This document shows, piece after piece, positions 17,827 to 26,340 of a stretch of DNA of 35,618 bases. Under the pieces are notes generated by a model. It saw nothing but the letters and a program-made list of their open reading frames with translations. It ran no database searches and was not told the origin of the DNA. The translations under genes and the position numbers were made by a program. Within the stretch, counting starts at the first letter, position 1, and every line of letters begins with the position of its first letter. The stretch comes from Rikenellaceae bacterium (GTDB lineage: Bacteria > Bacteroidota > Bacteroidia > Bacteroidales > Rikenellaceae): contig JAWXSU010000001.1 of the NCBI GenBank assembly GCA_044434245.1, positions 1 through 35,618 of the forward strand. Direction: 5' to 3'.

Positions 17827-17968
17827 ATGGAAATATTAGTGTAAGGCAGCAAAAAGAGGGGGGTAAAAGTTGCGATTCTAAAAATTTTTCGTAACTTTGT
17901 TATCATAGTGTGCGCAGTTTAGAGGATATTTGGCGCACAAACAACCCAACCCTTAGTAAATTCGGACT

Positions 17969-19555
17969 ATGAAATTAAACTATCTACTTCCCAGTTTAGC
18001 GATTTGTACTGGTGCCGTGAGTTGTACTCAACAATCTAATGTTGATGAGCGACCCAATATACTTTTTATCATGACAGATGACCATGCGTTGTCAGCTATT
18101 AGTGCTTATGATGGTTATCTGTCGAAGGTTGCGCCAACACCCAATATTGACCGTATTGCGGATGAGGGTGTGAGGTTTGATAACTTCATGGTTACAAATT
18201 CAATAAGTGGACCATCACGTGCGTGTATTGTTACGGGTAAATATAGCCATATTAATGGATTCTACAAAAACGAGGATGGTGGAGATTTTAATCCAGAACA
18301 AACTACGTTCCCGATGCTGTTGCAAGATGCAGGTTACCAAACAGCGATGATTGGTAAGTGGCATTTGGGCTCTTCGCCAGTGGGATTTGATTACTATAAA
18401 GTACTATTCAACAAGGAGGGACAAGGCTCATATTTTGACCCTGTGTTTGAACTTTCGGATGGCACGTATGTGACCGAGACGGGTAGATATTCAACAGATG
18501 TAATCGAGGAGGATGGATTAAATTGGCTTAGAGAGCGAGATAAAACCAAGCCATTTATGATGATGTATCAATTCAAAGCTCCACACCGCCCTTGTGAACC
18601 CAGTGCAGAGTATCAAGATTATTTGAAAGATGTGGAGCTACCATATCCAGCAACATATATAGATGACTACGATGGTCGTCGAGCAGCATCAGAGGCATGG
18701 AATCTCATTGATGGCAATATGACTCGCAAAGATATGAAGATCCCAACACCCGCAGGACTCTCTGTAGAGGAGGCTGAGGCGTGGGAGCAATATGGAAATA
18801 ATAAGGGAGAGGATTGGACTCCAGATGCAAGCATGACTGAAATTGAGCGTCGAAATTGGAAATTCCAAACCTACGTTAAGGATTATTTGCGCTGTGTAAA
18901 ACATGTGGATGATGCTATTGGTTCGGTGCTCGATTATTTGGAGGCAGAGGGTGTTGCCGACAATACTATTGTTATATACACTTCGGATCAAGGATTCTTC
19001 CTTGGCGAACATGGAGGGTGGATGGATAAGAGATTCATGTATGAGGAGACGTTGCACATGCCTTGTGTAATGAGATACCCTAAGGGGATAAAGGCGGGGC
19101 AGGTGAATAAGGATCTGTTGCTCAACATCGACTATGCACCAACGTTGTTGGATTACGCAGGGGTCACTATCCCGGAGGATGTGCAGGGTAAGAGTTTCCG
19201 ACCAATTGTTGATGGCACGCAGAAAACAGCATTCCGTGATGGTATCTACTACCACTACTACGAATATCCATTCTGGCACAATGTGCAACCTCACTATGGT
19301 ATCCGCACCGATCGCTACAAATTGATCCATTTCTATTATAATATGGATGAGTGGGAGTTGTATGATTTGCAGAGTGATTCAAACGAGATGAATAATATAT
19401 ATTCTGACCCAGCAAATGGTGAGCTGGTTGAGGATTTGAAGAGAAAACTCGATGAGTTGAAAGTGGAGGTGAAGATGGATAAATCGTATGATGAGCTTCG
19501 TGAAATGACGGATGCTGTAATCCCAAGACTCTACGTTAAAGAGGCTGCTAATTAA
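17969..19555 (+). CDS. Ser-type S1 sulfatase, lipoprotein; resembles hexosamine-6-O-sulfatases
   Basis: Lipobox AVSC. Motifs PNILFIMTDDH, SGPSRA (SxPxR), GKWHLG, FKAPHRP and SDQGFFLGEHG..DKRFMYEE. Promoter motif TAACTTTG at 17892-17899. Confidence 0.92.
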   Translation: MKLNYLLPSLAICTGAVSCTQQSNVDERPNILFIMTDDHALSAISAYDGYLSKVAPTPNIDRIADEGVRFDNFMVTNSISGPSRACIVTGKYSHINGFYKNEDGGDFNPEQTTFPMLLQDAGYQTAMIGKWHLGSSPVGFDYYKVLFNKEGQGSYFDPVFELSDGTYVTETGRYSTDVIEEDGLNWLRERDKTKPFMMMYQFKAPHRPCEPSAEYQDYLKDVELPYPATYIDDYDGRRAASEAWNLIDGNMTRKDMKIPTPAGLSVEEAEAWEQYGNNKGEDWTPDASMTEIERRNWKFQTYVKDYLRCVKHVDDAIGSVLDYLEAEGVADNTIVIYTSDQGFFLGEHGGWMDKRFMYEETLHMPCVMRYPKGIKAGQVNKDLLLNIDYAPTLLDYAGVTIPEDVQGKSFRPIVDGTQKTAFRDGIYYHYYEYPFWHNVQPHYGIRTDRYKLIHFYYNMDEWELYDLQSDSNEMNNIYSDPANGELVEDLKRKLDELKVEVKMDKSYDELREMTDAVIPRLYVKEAAN

Positions 19556-19589
19556 AACAATCAATTAACTAAATAAACTACAATTAACT

Positions 19590-20711
19590 ATGTATCAATA
19601 TGATAACAGAACCGTAATCACCCTAGATGCTGGTGGTACAAACTTCGTATTTGGCGCAATGCAAGCAAATGATTTTATCATTGATCCCATTACGCTTCCT
19701 GCTTTTTCAGATGATTTGGATGAGTGTTTGGCTCAACTCGTGAAGGGTTTCGAGATGGTAATTTCTCAAATCAAAACAAAGCCTGTAGCTATTAGCTTCG
19801 CTTTTCCTGGACCTGCAGATTATGCAAATGGAATTATCGGAGGATATCTGCCAAACTTCCCATCTTTTAGAGATGGAGTTGCACTTGGTCCATTCTTGGA
19901 GACTAAGTTTGGAGTTCCGGTTTATATCAACAACGATGGTGATCTCTTTGCTTATGGTGAGGCGTTGGCTGGAAAGTTGGTCGAGATCAATAAGAAGGTT
20001 GCTGAGTTGGGTGGAGTGAAGAAGTTTAAGTCGCTTATCGGTTACACCTTTGGTACAGGTTTCGGTGTTGGTCACGTGTATGATAATGTGTTGCACTTGG
20101 GTGATAACTCATGTATCGAGACATTCTGTTTGCAACACAAACATGATCCTAATATTATTGTTGAGGAGGGTGTTGCAGTGCGTGCAGTGAAGCGTGTATA
20201 TGCCGAGTTGTCGGGGGTTTTGGATGTTTCGTTGGAGCCAAAAGATATCTTCGATATTGCGGAGGGTCGTCGTGAGGGTGATCGTGAATCTGCGGTTAAG
20301 GCTTTCGAGCACTTAGGACAAGTTGCAGGTAGCGCAATGGCTACTGCGGTGTCGTTACTTGATGCTGTTGTTGTTATCGGAGGAGGTATCACAGCGGCTA
20401 AGAAGTATATCATGCCAGCTTTGTTGAAGGAGATGCGTAGTACAATATTCACACTTTCGGGTGAGGAGGTGCGTCGTGTACAACCTACAGTGTATGAGTT
20501 GGATAACGAAGATGAGTTCCGCCAATTCGCTAAAGGAAAGAGCCACCCAATCAAGGTTTATGGCACTGACAAATATGTAAATTATGATGAGGAGAAGCGT
20601 ATCGGAGTAGCGATATCGACTATCGGAGCGTCAAAAGCTATTTCGCTAGGTGCGTATAACTATGCTCTTTCTCAGTTGGATAAGAGTGCAGCAGCAGAGG
20701 CAACAAAGTAG
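19590..20711 (+). CDS. ROK family sugar kinase
   Basis: LDAGGTN, FPGPADY, INNDGD.FA.GE, TFGTGFG and IGGG motifs. No N-terminal HTH. Confidence 0.88.
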   Translation: MYQYDNRTVITLDAGGTNFVFGAMQANDFIIDPITLPAFSDDLDECLAQLVKGFEMVISQIKTKPVAISFAFPGPADYANGIIGGYLPNFPSFRDGVALGPFLETKFGVPVYINNDGDLFAYGEALAGKLVEINKKVAELGGVKKFKSLIGYTFGTGFGVGHVYDNVLHLGDNSCIETFCLQHKHDPNIIVEEGVAVRAVKRVYAELSGVLDVSLEPKDIFDIAEGRREGDRESAVKAFEHLGQVAGSAMATAVSLLDAVVVIGGGITAAKKYIMPALLKEMRSTIFTLSGEEVRRVQPTVYELDNEDEFRQFAKGKSHPIKVYGTDKYVNYDEEKRIGVAISTIGASKAISLGAYNYALSQLDKSAAAEATK

Positions 20712-20744
20712 TAAAACTAAAACACAATCAAAATACTAAAAACT

Positions 20745-21887
20745 ATGAAAAAGATCTTACCGGTATTATTCGGATTTTTTGTGATGGGTTTCTGCGACGT
20801 TGTAGGAATCGCCACAAGTTATGTAAAGCAGGACTTCGGTCTTAGCGAGTCGTTGGCGGGATTTATCCCTTCGGCGGTGTTCATGTGGTTTTTGTTGCTC
20901 TCAGTACCTACTGCACTTCTTATGAACAAGATTGGTCGTAAGGCTACAGTGCAACTAAGTAACGTTATCACATTTGTGGGTATGTTGATCCCATTCTTTG
21001 TCTACAACTTCACAAGTGCAATGATCGCTTTCGCGCTTCTTGGAATTGGTAACACATTGTTGCAGGTGTCACTTAACCCACTCCTTACAAATGTTGTGAA
21101 GGGAGACTCTTTGACATCATCGCTTACTGCGGGTCAAGTTGTGAAGGCTGTGTCATCTTTCGTTGGTCCATTTATCGCTCTTGCTGCGGTTAACTATATG
21201 GGTGGTTGGAAGTTCTTGTTCCCTGTGTTTGCAGGTATCACACTTCTATCGACATTGTGGTTGATGGCAACACCTATCGAGGAGGAGCCTAGCGAAGGTG
21301 CATCATCTGTGGGTGGTACTTTCTCGTTGCTTGGTGACAAAAACATCTTGCTTTGTGTGCTTGGTATCGTTGCTGTTGTAGGTTTGGATGTTGGTATGAA
21401 CACAGTGACTCCAAAATTGCTTATGGAGGCTGCTCGTGGTGGTCTTGGTTTGGAGCAAGCATCTTTGGGTTCGTCAGTATACTTCTTGTGTCGTACGGCA
21501 GGTGCTTTTGTAGGTGCGATTTTGCTTATTAAGATGGGTGATAAACCATACCTTCGTTGGAATATGTTGGGTGCAGCGGTTGCTCTTGCAGCGTTGTTTG
21601 TAGCTCAAGGTCAAGTTATGAACTTGGTATTTGTTGGAGCTATCGGTTTCTTGGCATCTAGTATCTTTGCGGTGTTGTTCTCTCTAGCTATGAAGGCTCG
21701 TCCAGAGAAGGCTAACGAGATTTCGGGACTTATGATTACAGGTGTATTTGGTGGTGCGGTTGTTCCACCACTCATGGGTATTGCTACTGAGGCTATCGGT
21801 TCTCAGATTGGATCTCTCATCGTTCTAGGTGTTTGTATCGCATACCTTTTGAGCTGTTCATTCCTTATCAAAACAAAAGAGGAGTAA
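20745..21887 (+). CDS. MFS sugar transporter (FucP/GluP-like)
   Basis: About 12 hydrophobic segments. Motifs GNTLLQVSLNP and GGAVVPPLMG. Confidence 0.9.
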   Translation: MKKILPVLFGFFVMGFCDVVGIATSYVKQDFGLSESLAGFIPSAVFMWFLLLSVPTALLMNKIGRKATVQLSNVITFVGMLIPFFVYNFTSAMIAFALLGIGNTLLQVSLNPLLTNVVKGDSLTSSLTAGQVVKAVSSFVGPFIALAAVNYMGGWKFLFPVFAGITLLSTLWLMATPIEEEPSEGASSVGGTFSLLGDKNILLCVLGIVAVVGLDVGMNTVTPKLLMEAARGGLGLEQASLGSSVYFLCRTAGAFVGAILLIKMGDKPYLRWNMLGAAVALAALFVAQGQVMNLVFVGAIGFLASSIFAVLFSLAMKARPEKANEISGLMITGVFGGAVVPPLMGIATEAIGSQIGSLIVLGVCIAYLLSCSFLIKTKEE

Positions 21888-21907
21888 TCTCTGTATTTAG
21901 TAATATC

Positions 21908-21943
21908 AACGAGGGTGGTCTTTTCTTAGATCGCCCTTGTTTT
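21908..21943 (+). terminator. Intra-operon hairpin/terminator before manA
   Basis: AACGAGGGTGGTCT-TTTCTT-AGATCGCCCTTGTT followed by TT. Confidence 0.55.
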
Positions 21944-21959
21944 AATAAATAGCAAAACT

Positions 21960-22919
21960 ATGTTATATCCATTAAAATTTCGCCCTATCTTATCATCTTT
22001 GATCTGGGGTGGCGAGAAGATTATCCCTTACAAAGGGTTAGATATCGACCAAAAAATGGTAGGTGAGAGTTGGGAACTTTCGGGAGTGAAGGGTTCAGAG
22101 TCAGTTGTTGCCGAGGGTGAGTTGGCAGGAAAGTCAATTACGGAGCTGCTCACAGAGTGTGGCGAGGAGCTTATCGGTAAGGCTAACTATGCTCGATTTG
22201 GTAATGAGTTTCCGTTGCTAATTAAATTTATTGACGCCAAGCAAGATCTCTCGATTCAAGTTCACCCGGATGATGAGTTAGCGGCAAAACGCCATAACTC
22301 GAAGGGTAAGACGGAGATGTGGTATGTTGTAGATGTAGACGAAGGTGCAAAGTTACGTTCGGGATTTGCACGTGAGGTGACCCCCGAGGAGTATGTTGCA
22401 AGTGTTGAGAATGACACGGTGACAGATATTCTGAAGGAGTATGAGGTTGCCCCTGGTGATCTATTCTTCCTCCCAGCAGGGCGTATTCACTCGATTGGAG
22501 CAGGTTGTTTTATCGCTGAGATTCAACAAACATCGAACATCACATATCGAATATATGACTTCAATCGAACAGATGCTGCGGGAAATCCACGTGAACTTCA
22601 TACCGAGCAAGCGGTAGATGCAATCGACTATAAGGTTGAGGCGGATTATCGTACGGAGTATGATCGTGAGGCTACAGATGAGGAGGTGAAGATGGTAAAA
22701 TGTGACTACTTCACAACATCTTTCATGTCGCTAACAAAACCATGTCAAGTAGATTACAGCAAGCTAGATTCATTTGTGATTTACATCTGCACCGAAGGCG
22801 AGGCATCTGTAAATGGTACACCATTCAAGAAGGGAGAAACATTGCTTCTTCCCGCAACAACTAAAGGTGTGCAGATCGAGACTAATGGTTGCAAAATGTT
22901 GGTGACATATATTGGGTAA
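21960..22919 (+). CDS. manA: Mannose-6-phosphate isomerase, class I
   Basis: IWGG, GESWE, FPLLIKFIDA..DLSIQVHP, GKTEMWY, H.IGAG and EIQQTS.ITYRIYD motifs. Confidence 0.95.
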   Translation: MLYPLKFRPILSSLIWGGEKIIPYKGLDIDQKMVGESWELSGVKGSESVVAEGELAGKSITELLTECGEELIGKANYARFGNEFPLLIKFIDAKQDLSIQVHPDDELAAKRHNSKGKTEMWYVVDVDEGAKLRSGFAREVTPEEYVASVENDTVTDILKEYEVAPGDLFFLPAGRIHSIGAGCFIAEIQQTSNITYRIYDFNRTDAAGNPRELHTEQAVDAIDYKVEADYRTEYDREATDEEVKMVKCDYFTTSFMSLTKPCQVDYSKLDSFVIYICTEGEASVNGTPFKKGETLLLPATTKGVQIETNGCKMLVTYIG

Positions 22920-23052
22920 TGAAATGACCGCTTTCAGTGGGTGAGGTTGGACTGTTGGTTTGGACTTTGAGAGTTTGGGCTGAGTGGGATGGCTTGTTGT
23001 GGTTTGTTGTGTGGTTGGACTGCCTCCGGCGGGCGGGGTGCTCCCCGCTGAG

Positions 23053-23196
23053 CTGTTCTTTTATTGCGCTTTGGGAGATGAGCCTTTGGCTCTAAAATAA
23101 GATAATCAATATTTTAGTTTCGAATGTATTCGACCAAAATATTGATTATCTTATTTTGTTAAACACCTTTGGTGTTTAATCCCAAATCGAGGACAG
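23053..23196. repeat. Multi-hairpin (four-way junction) non-coding element
   Basis: Closing stems CTGTTCT/AGGACAG and TTTGGGA/TCCCAAA. They enclose GAGCC-TTT-GGCTC, a 22-bp perfect stem (23094-23115/23136-23157) and TTAAACACC-TTT-GGTGTTTAA. Confidence 0.7.
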
Positions 23197-23209
23197 ATAT
23201 CAATACATT

Positions 23210-23376
23210 TAAGTAGTGTAAAACAATTATTGCCATATTTTTAATAGCACTCTTGTAGCAATATTTTTCACTATTAAATCTCAATGTAGAACCACTATAT
23301 TTTCAATTCAATAGCAAAAAATCTCATCTCCAATAGCACTCTTAAAAATACACCAATAATTATTTTACCCTACTTA
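23210..23376. mobile_element. 167-bp MITE-like element, copy 2
   Basis: Terminal inverted repeats TAAGTAGTGTAAAACAATTATTG / CAATAATTATTTTACCCTACTTA. Same length and orientation as 14121-14287, with 10 substitutions. Confidence 0.8.
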
Positions 23377-23387
23377 GAATATAATAA

Positions 23388-24794
23388 TCAATGAGTATAT
23401 ATGCGACCTTTCTGTTTAATTTGAGCTTCGTATGCTAGTCTGCTTTGAGTTGGGTACTTAAGTTTTTCGAACTCTGTCACTGCATCACGAATATCTGAAA
23501 GTAGCATATCTGCCATATCCCGAGACATGCCTTGTCGCACGACGACTCGCATAACAACCATGTCATCAATATCTTTTGGCATTGTGTATGCTGGTACCAT
23601 CCATCCGCTCTGTTGAAGTTTATCTTGCAGATCATAGAGAGTCCACTTAGCTTTTTGCGCATAGCCATCGTTCATGTGCCAAATGAAAAGGGGATTGTCA
23701 ACAGAGGAAGAGAAATTTTTGAAACATGCCATTGTGCCAATCTCTTTGTGGCAATATCGAGCAATCTCCATGGAGCTTTGTTGTACGTCGCGATACCCTT
23801 CGAATCCTAGGCGTATAAAATTATAATATTGACCAAGGATCTGAGCTGCTGGGCGAGAGAAGTTGAGCCCAACTTGTGTTATGCTAGCACCTAAATAGTT
23901 GACACTAAATGACATCTCGTCTGGGAGTAGGGATTTATCACGCCATACCACCCATCCTAATCCGGGATACACCAATCCATATTTATGTCCCGAAGTGGAT
24001 ATGGAGTAGACCCATTTTAGTCGGAAATCCCATCTGCGCTCTGGTTCGGTGAAGGGTAAAATGAATCCTCCTGATGCAGCATCGACATGTATTGAAATTT
24101 GTAGATTATTCTCCGTGTTGTACTTTTCGAGGGCAGAGTCGAGAGCTTCGATGTCATCGTTGAGTCCGGTCCATGTCACGCCGACGATGGGGACAATGCA
24201 TATTGTGTTTTCGTCGCACATCTTTAGTGCTGCCTGAGGATCAAGGGTTTGAGACTCAGTACTCAAAGGTACGGTGCGAAGTTCAATCTGCCAAAGCTGG
24301 CAAAATTTCTCCCATACAACTTGAAATGCTGCACTCATCACCAAGTTGGGTTTATCGAACGGTTTACCCTGCTCGGCACGAAATTTCCGCCATCGTAACC
24401 ACGCAGCGACACCACCAAGCATGCAAGCCTCCGAAGATCCAATTCCTACAGCACCTGTTTTCCACTCCCCTTTTTCGGGGGTGTTCCATAGGTTTGCGAT
24501 GATATTTACACAACGTCCGCACATCACCGCTACACGTGGGTATTCCGTCTCGTCGATGTAATTTATGTCGATGGCTTCATTCATGAGGCGTGTTGCATGC
24601 TCATCCATATATGTTGTTACGAATGTTGCTAAGTTGAGCCTCGACTGTGTCTGTGCATAGGTCTCATTTTTGACCATTTGGTATGCAATTTCAGGGGCGG
24701 TCATCGACGCAGGGATATGTTGTGTTGGGGCAGGGTGTAGCATCTGCTCCGATGCGTAGATTGCTGTGTGTTGCGAGTTTGTTTTTTTTTCCAT
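23388..24794 (-). CDS. gadB: Glutamate decarboxylase
   Basis: RLNLATFVTT, NYIDETEYP, GSSEACMLGG, HVDAASGGF, PLP lysine in STSGHKYGLVYPG, and GWMVPAY. Confidence 0.95.
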   Translation of the reverse strand: MEKKTNSQHTAIYASEQMLHPAPTQHIPASMTAPEIAYQMVKNETYAQTQSRLNLATFVTTYMDEHATRLMNEAIDINYIDETEYPRVAVMCGRCVNIIANLWNTPEKGEWKTGAVGIGSSEACMLGGVAAWLRWRKFRAEQGKPFDKPNLVMSAAFQVVWEKFCQLWQIELRTVPLSTESQTLDPQAALKMCDENTICIVPIVGVTWTGLNDDIEALDSALEKYNTENNLQISIHVDAASGGFILPFTEPERRWDFRLKWVYSISTSGHKYGLVYPGLGWVVWRDKSLLPDEMSFSVNYLGASITQVGLNFSRPAAQILGQYYNFIRLGFEGYRDVQQSSMEIARYCHKEIGTMACFKNFSSSVDNPLFIWHMNDGYAQKAKWTLYDLQDKLQQSGWMVPAYTMPKDIDDMVVMRVVVRQGMSRDMADMLLSDIRDAVTEFEKLKYPTQSRLAYEAQIKQKGRIYTH

Positions 24795-24858
24795 TGTGTT
24801 TCAGATTTTTGATGTTTTTTTATATCGAAAATTCAAAAACTTTGCCAATATTTGCATA

Positions 24859-25692
24859 ATGATAAGACGAATATCAATTTTGAGCGTATTGCTCTGTTTT
24901 ATGTGTTGTTGCGTTGTTGTTGCAGAGTCTCGCCATCCCATAGGTTTTGCCTATTGGGATGTTGATTGTTGTTATGATACCATACCCTCACTATTTTACG
25001 ACGATAATGATTATACGCCCCAAGGTCGTAAAGGGTGGAATACGCATCGTTATAGACAGAAGATTCGCAATATTGTTTCGGTGGTAGATTCCATGCGTAT
25101 GCCGCTTGTTGCGCTGTATGGTGTTGAGTCGGAGGGGGTAGTGCGAGATATTGTTACTGAATCTAAGATTGATTATTGTTATCTCCACCGCACTAACGAT
25201 GGGCGTGATGGATTGGATTTTGCACTGCTCTACCTTGCGGATATGTTTTTTATAGATCGAGTGGAGAGTTTTTATGATAGATTATATATTGAGGGCGAGA
25301 TCGAAAAACGGAGAGTTGGAATATGGCTCACTCGCAATGGGTATCTACAAAAAAGTGGTGCGCCACCTCATCAAGATTCAGTAGATGTTATGATATTGGC
25401 AGGTGGTTTTTATCGTGGAGAGTTAAAAAAGATAGGTGTGGCAGATTATTGCACACCACTAGAGCGAAAAGGGTATGGCAACGCAATGTCCTACAAAGGG
25501 TGGTATATGCGCCATAGAATAGGTGTCAACGAGAGTGTCGACGTCGAAATGGGTGGTGTATATATCAAAAAGTGGTTGCTTCGAGATGATTACTCTGCCC
25601 CTAGAGGGACATACTCAAAGGGCAGGTATATGGGGGGATATAGTAATTATCTACCTTTGTTTATCCATTTTACACTCCCCGATGAAGAGTGA
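24859..25692 (+). CDS. Secreted endonuclease/exonuclease/phosphatase (EEP)-like protein with degenerate catalytic motifs
   Basis: Signal peptide. YDT..DDNDYTPQG..W..RY..K, LDFALLY and RGTY..GRY.GGYSNYLP match the layout of Bacteroidota EEP proteins. Start at ATG 24859. Confidence 0.7.
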   Translation: MIRRISILSVLLCFMCCCVVVAESRHPIGFAYWDVDCCYDTIPSLFYDDNDYTPQGRKGWNTHRYRQKIRNIVSVVDSMRMPLVALYGVESEGVVRDIVTESKIDYCYLHRTNDGRDGLDFALLYLADMFFIDRVESFYDRLYIEGEIEKRRVGIWLTRNGYLQKSGAPPHQDSVDVMILAGGFYRGELKKIGVADYCTPLERKGYGNAMSYKGWYMRHRIGVNESVDVEMGGVYIKKWLLRDDYSAPRGTYSKGRYMGGYSNYLPLFIHFTLPDEE

Positions 25693-25737
25693 TGTTATGT
25701 GGGGGATCGCCACCTCTTGCTTTGTGTGGGGGGTATG

Positions 25738-26340
25738 TTAAAACTTCCCCACTTCGTGAAACACCTGTTGGATTGTAGGGTAGGAGTATGGTAGGAACTC
25801 TGCAATTTGGCTCTTAGAACACCAAGCAACTTTTTCGATACCCTCTTCATGTTGAGGCACAAGAACTGCAGTGTGCGAAGAGTGGATTTTGTACCAATGA
25901 GTTTGTTTGATCTCCCAGCGACCCCTCATTTTGTAGATATGTCTTGTGGAACAGATTTTATCGCCGATTGTTAATTTGCCAACACCAGTCTCCTCCTCCA
26001 CTTCACGTAGGGCGCACTCCTCGATTGTTTCGCCCCTCTCCCAGTGTCCTTTAGGTAGATCCCATCTGCCGTTACGATAGATCATAAGATCTTCGTCGTT
26101 GTCGTTAGATACGATGCCACCAGCGGCGGTAACTTGTTTGAAGAGAGATGAGATTTTGTGGAATACCTCTTTTGTGTCGGGCGTTATTATTGTGATATCG
26201 CCTCGTTCGTTGAGAATACGACAAAGATCATCTGCGGAGTTGATCTCGGAGTGCGAGATTGACGATGCTCTCTGCTCTATGAGAGTTGAAGAGATAACAA
26301 GTTTATTTGTACCAAAATGTATGTCGTATCGTTTTTCCAT
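25738..26340 (-). CDS. NUDIX hydrolase
   Basis: AAGG, and Nudix box WDLPKGHWERGETIEECALREVEEETG. Confidence 0.93.
   Translation of the reverse strand: MEKRYDIHFGTNKLVISSTLIEQRASSISHSEINSADDLCRILNERGDITIITPDTKEVFHKISSLFKQVTAAGGIVSNDNDEDLMIYRNGRWDLPKGHWERGETIEECALREVEEETGVGKLTIGDKICSTRHIYKMRGRWEIKQTHWYKIHSSHTAVLVPQHEEGIEKVAWCSKSQIAEFLPYSYPTIQQVFHEVGKF

Noticed and set aside
23053-23196. tRNA interpretation of the cloverleaf-like element
   Set aside because: About 145 nt long with 3-nt loops, and no TTC (T-loop), D-loop or anticodon-loop geometry.
14121-23376. Composite transposon or genomic island bounded by the two 167-bp direct copies
   Set aside because: The enclosed 9 kb includes core genes (thiL, adk, helicase), has no transposase or integrase, and shows no outer target duplication. 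Independent insertions are simpler.
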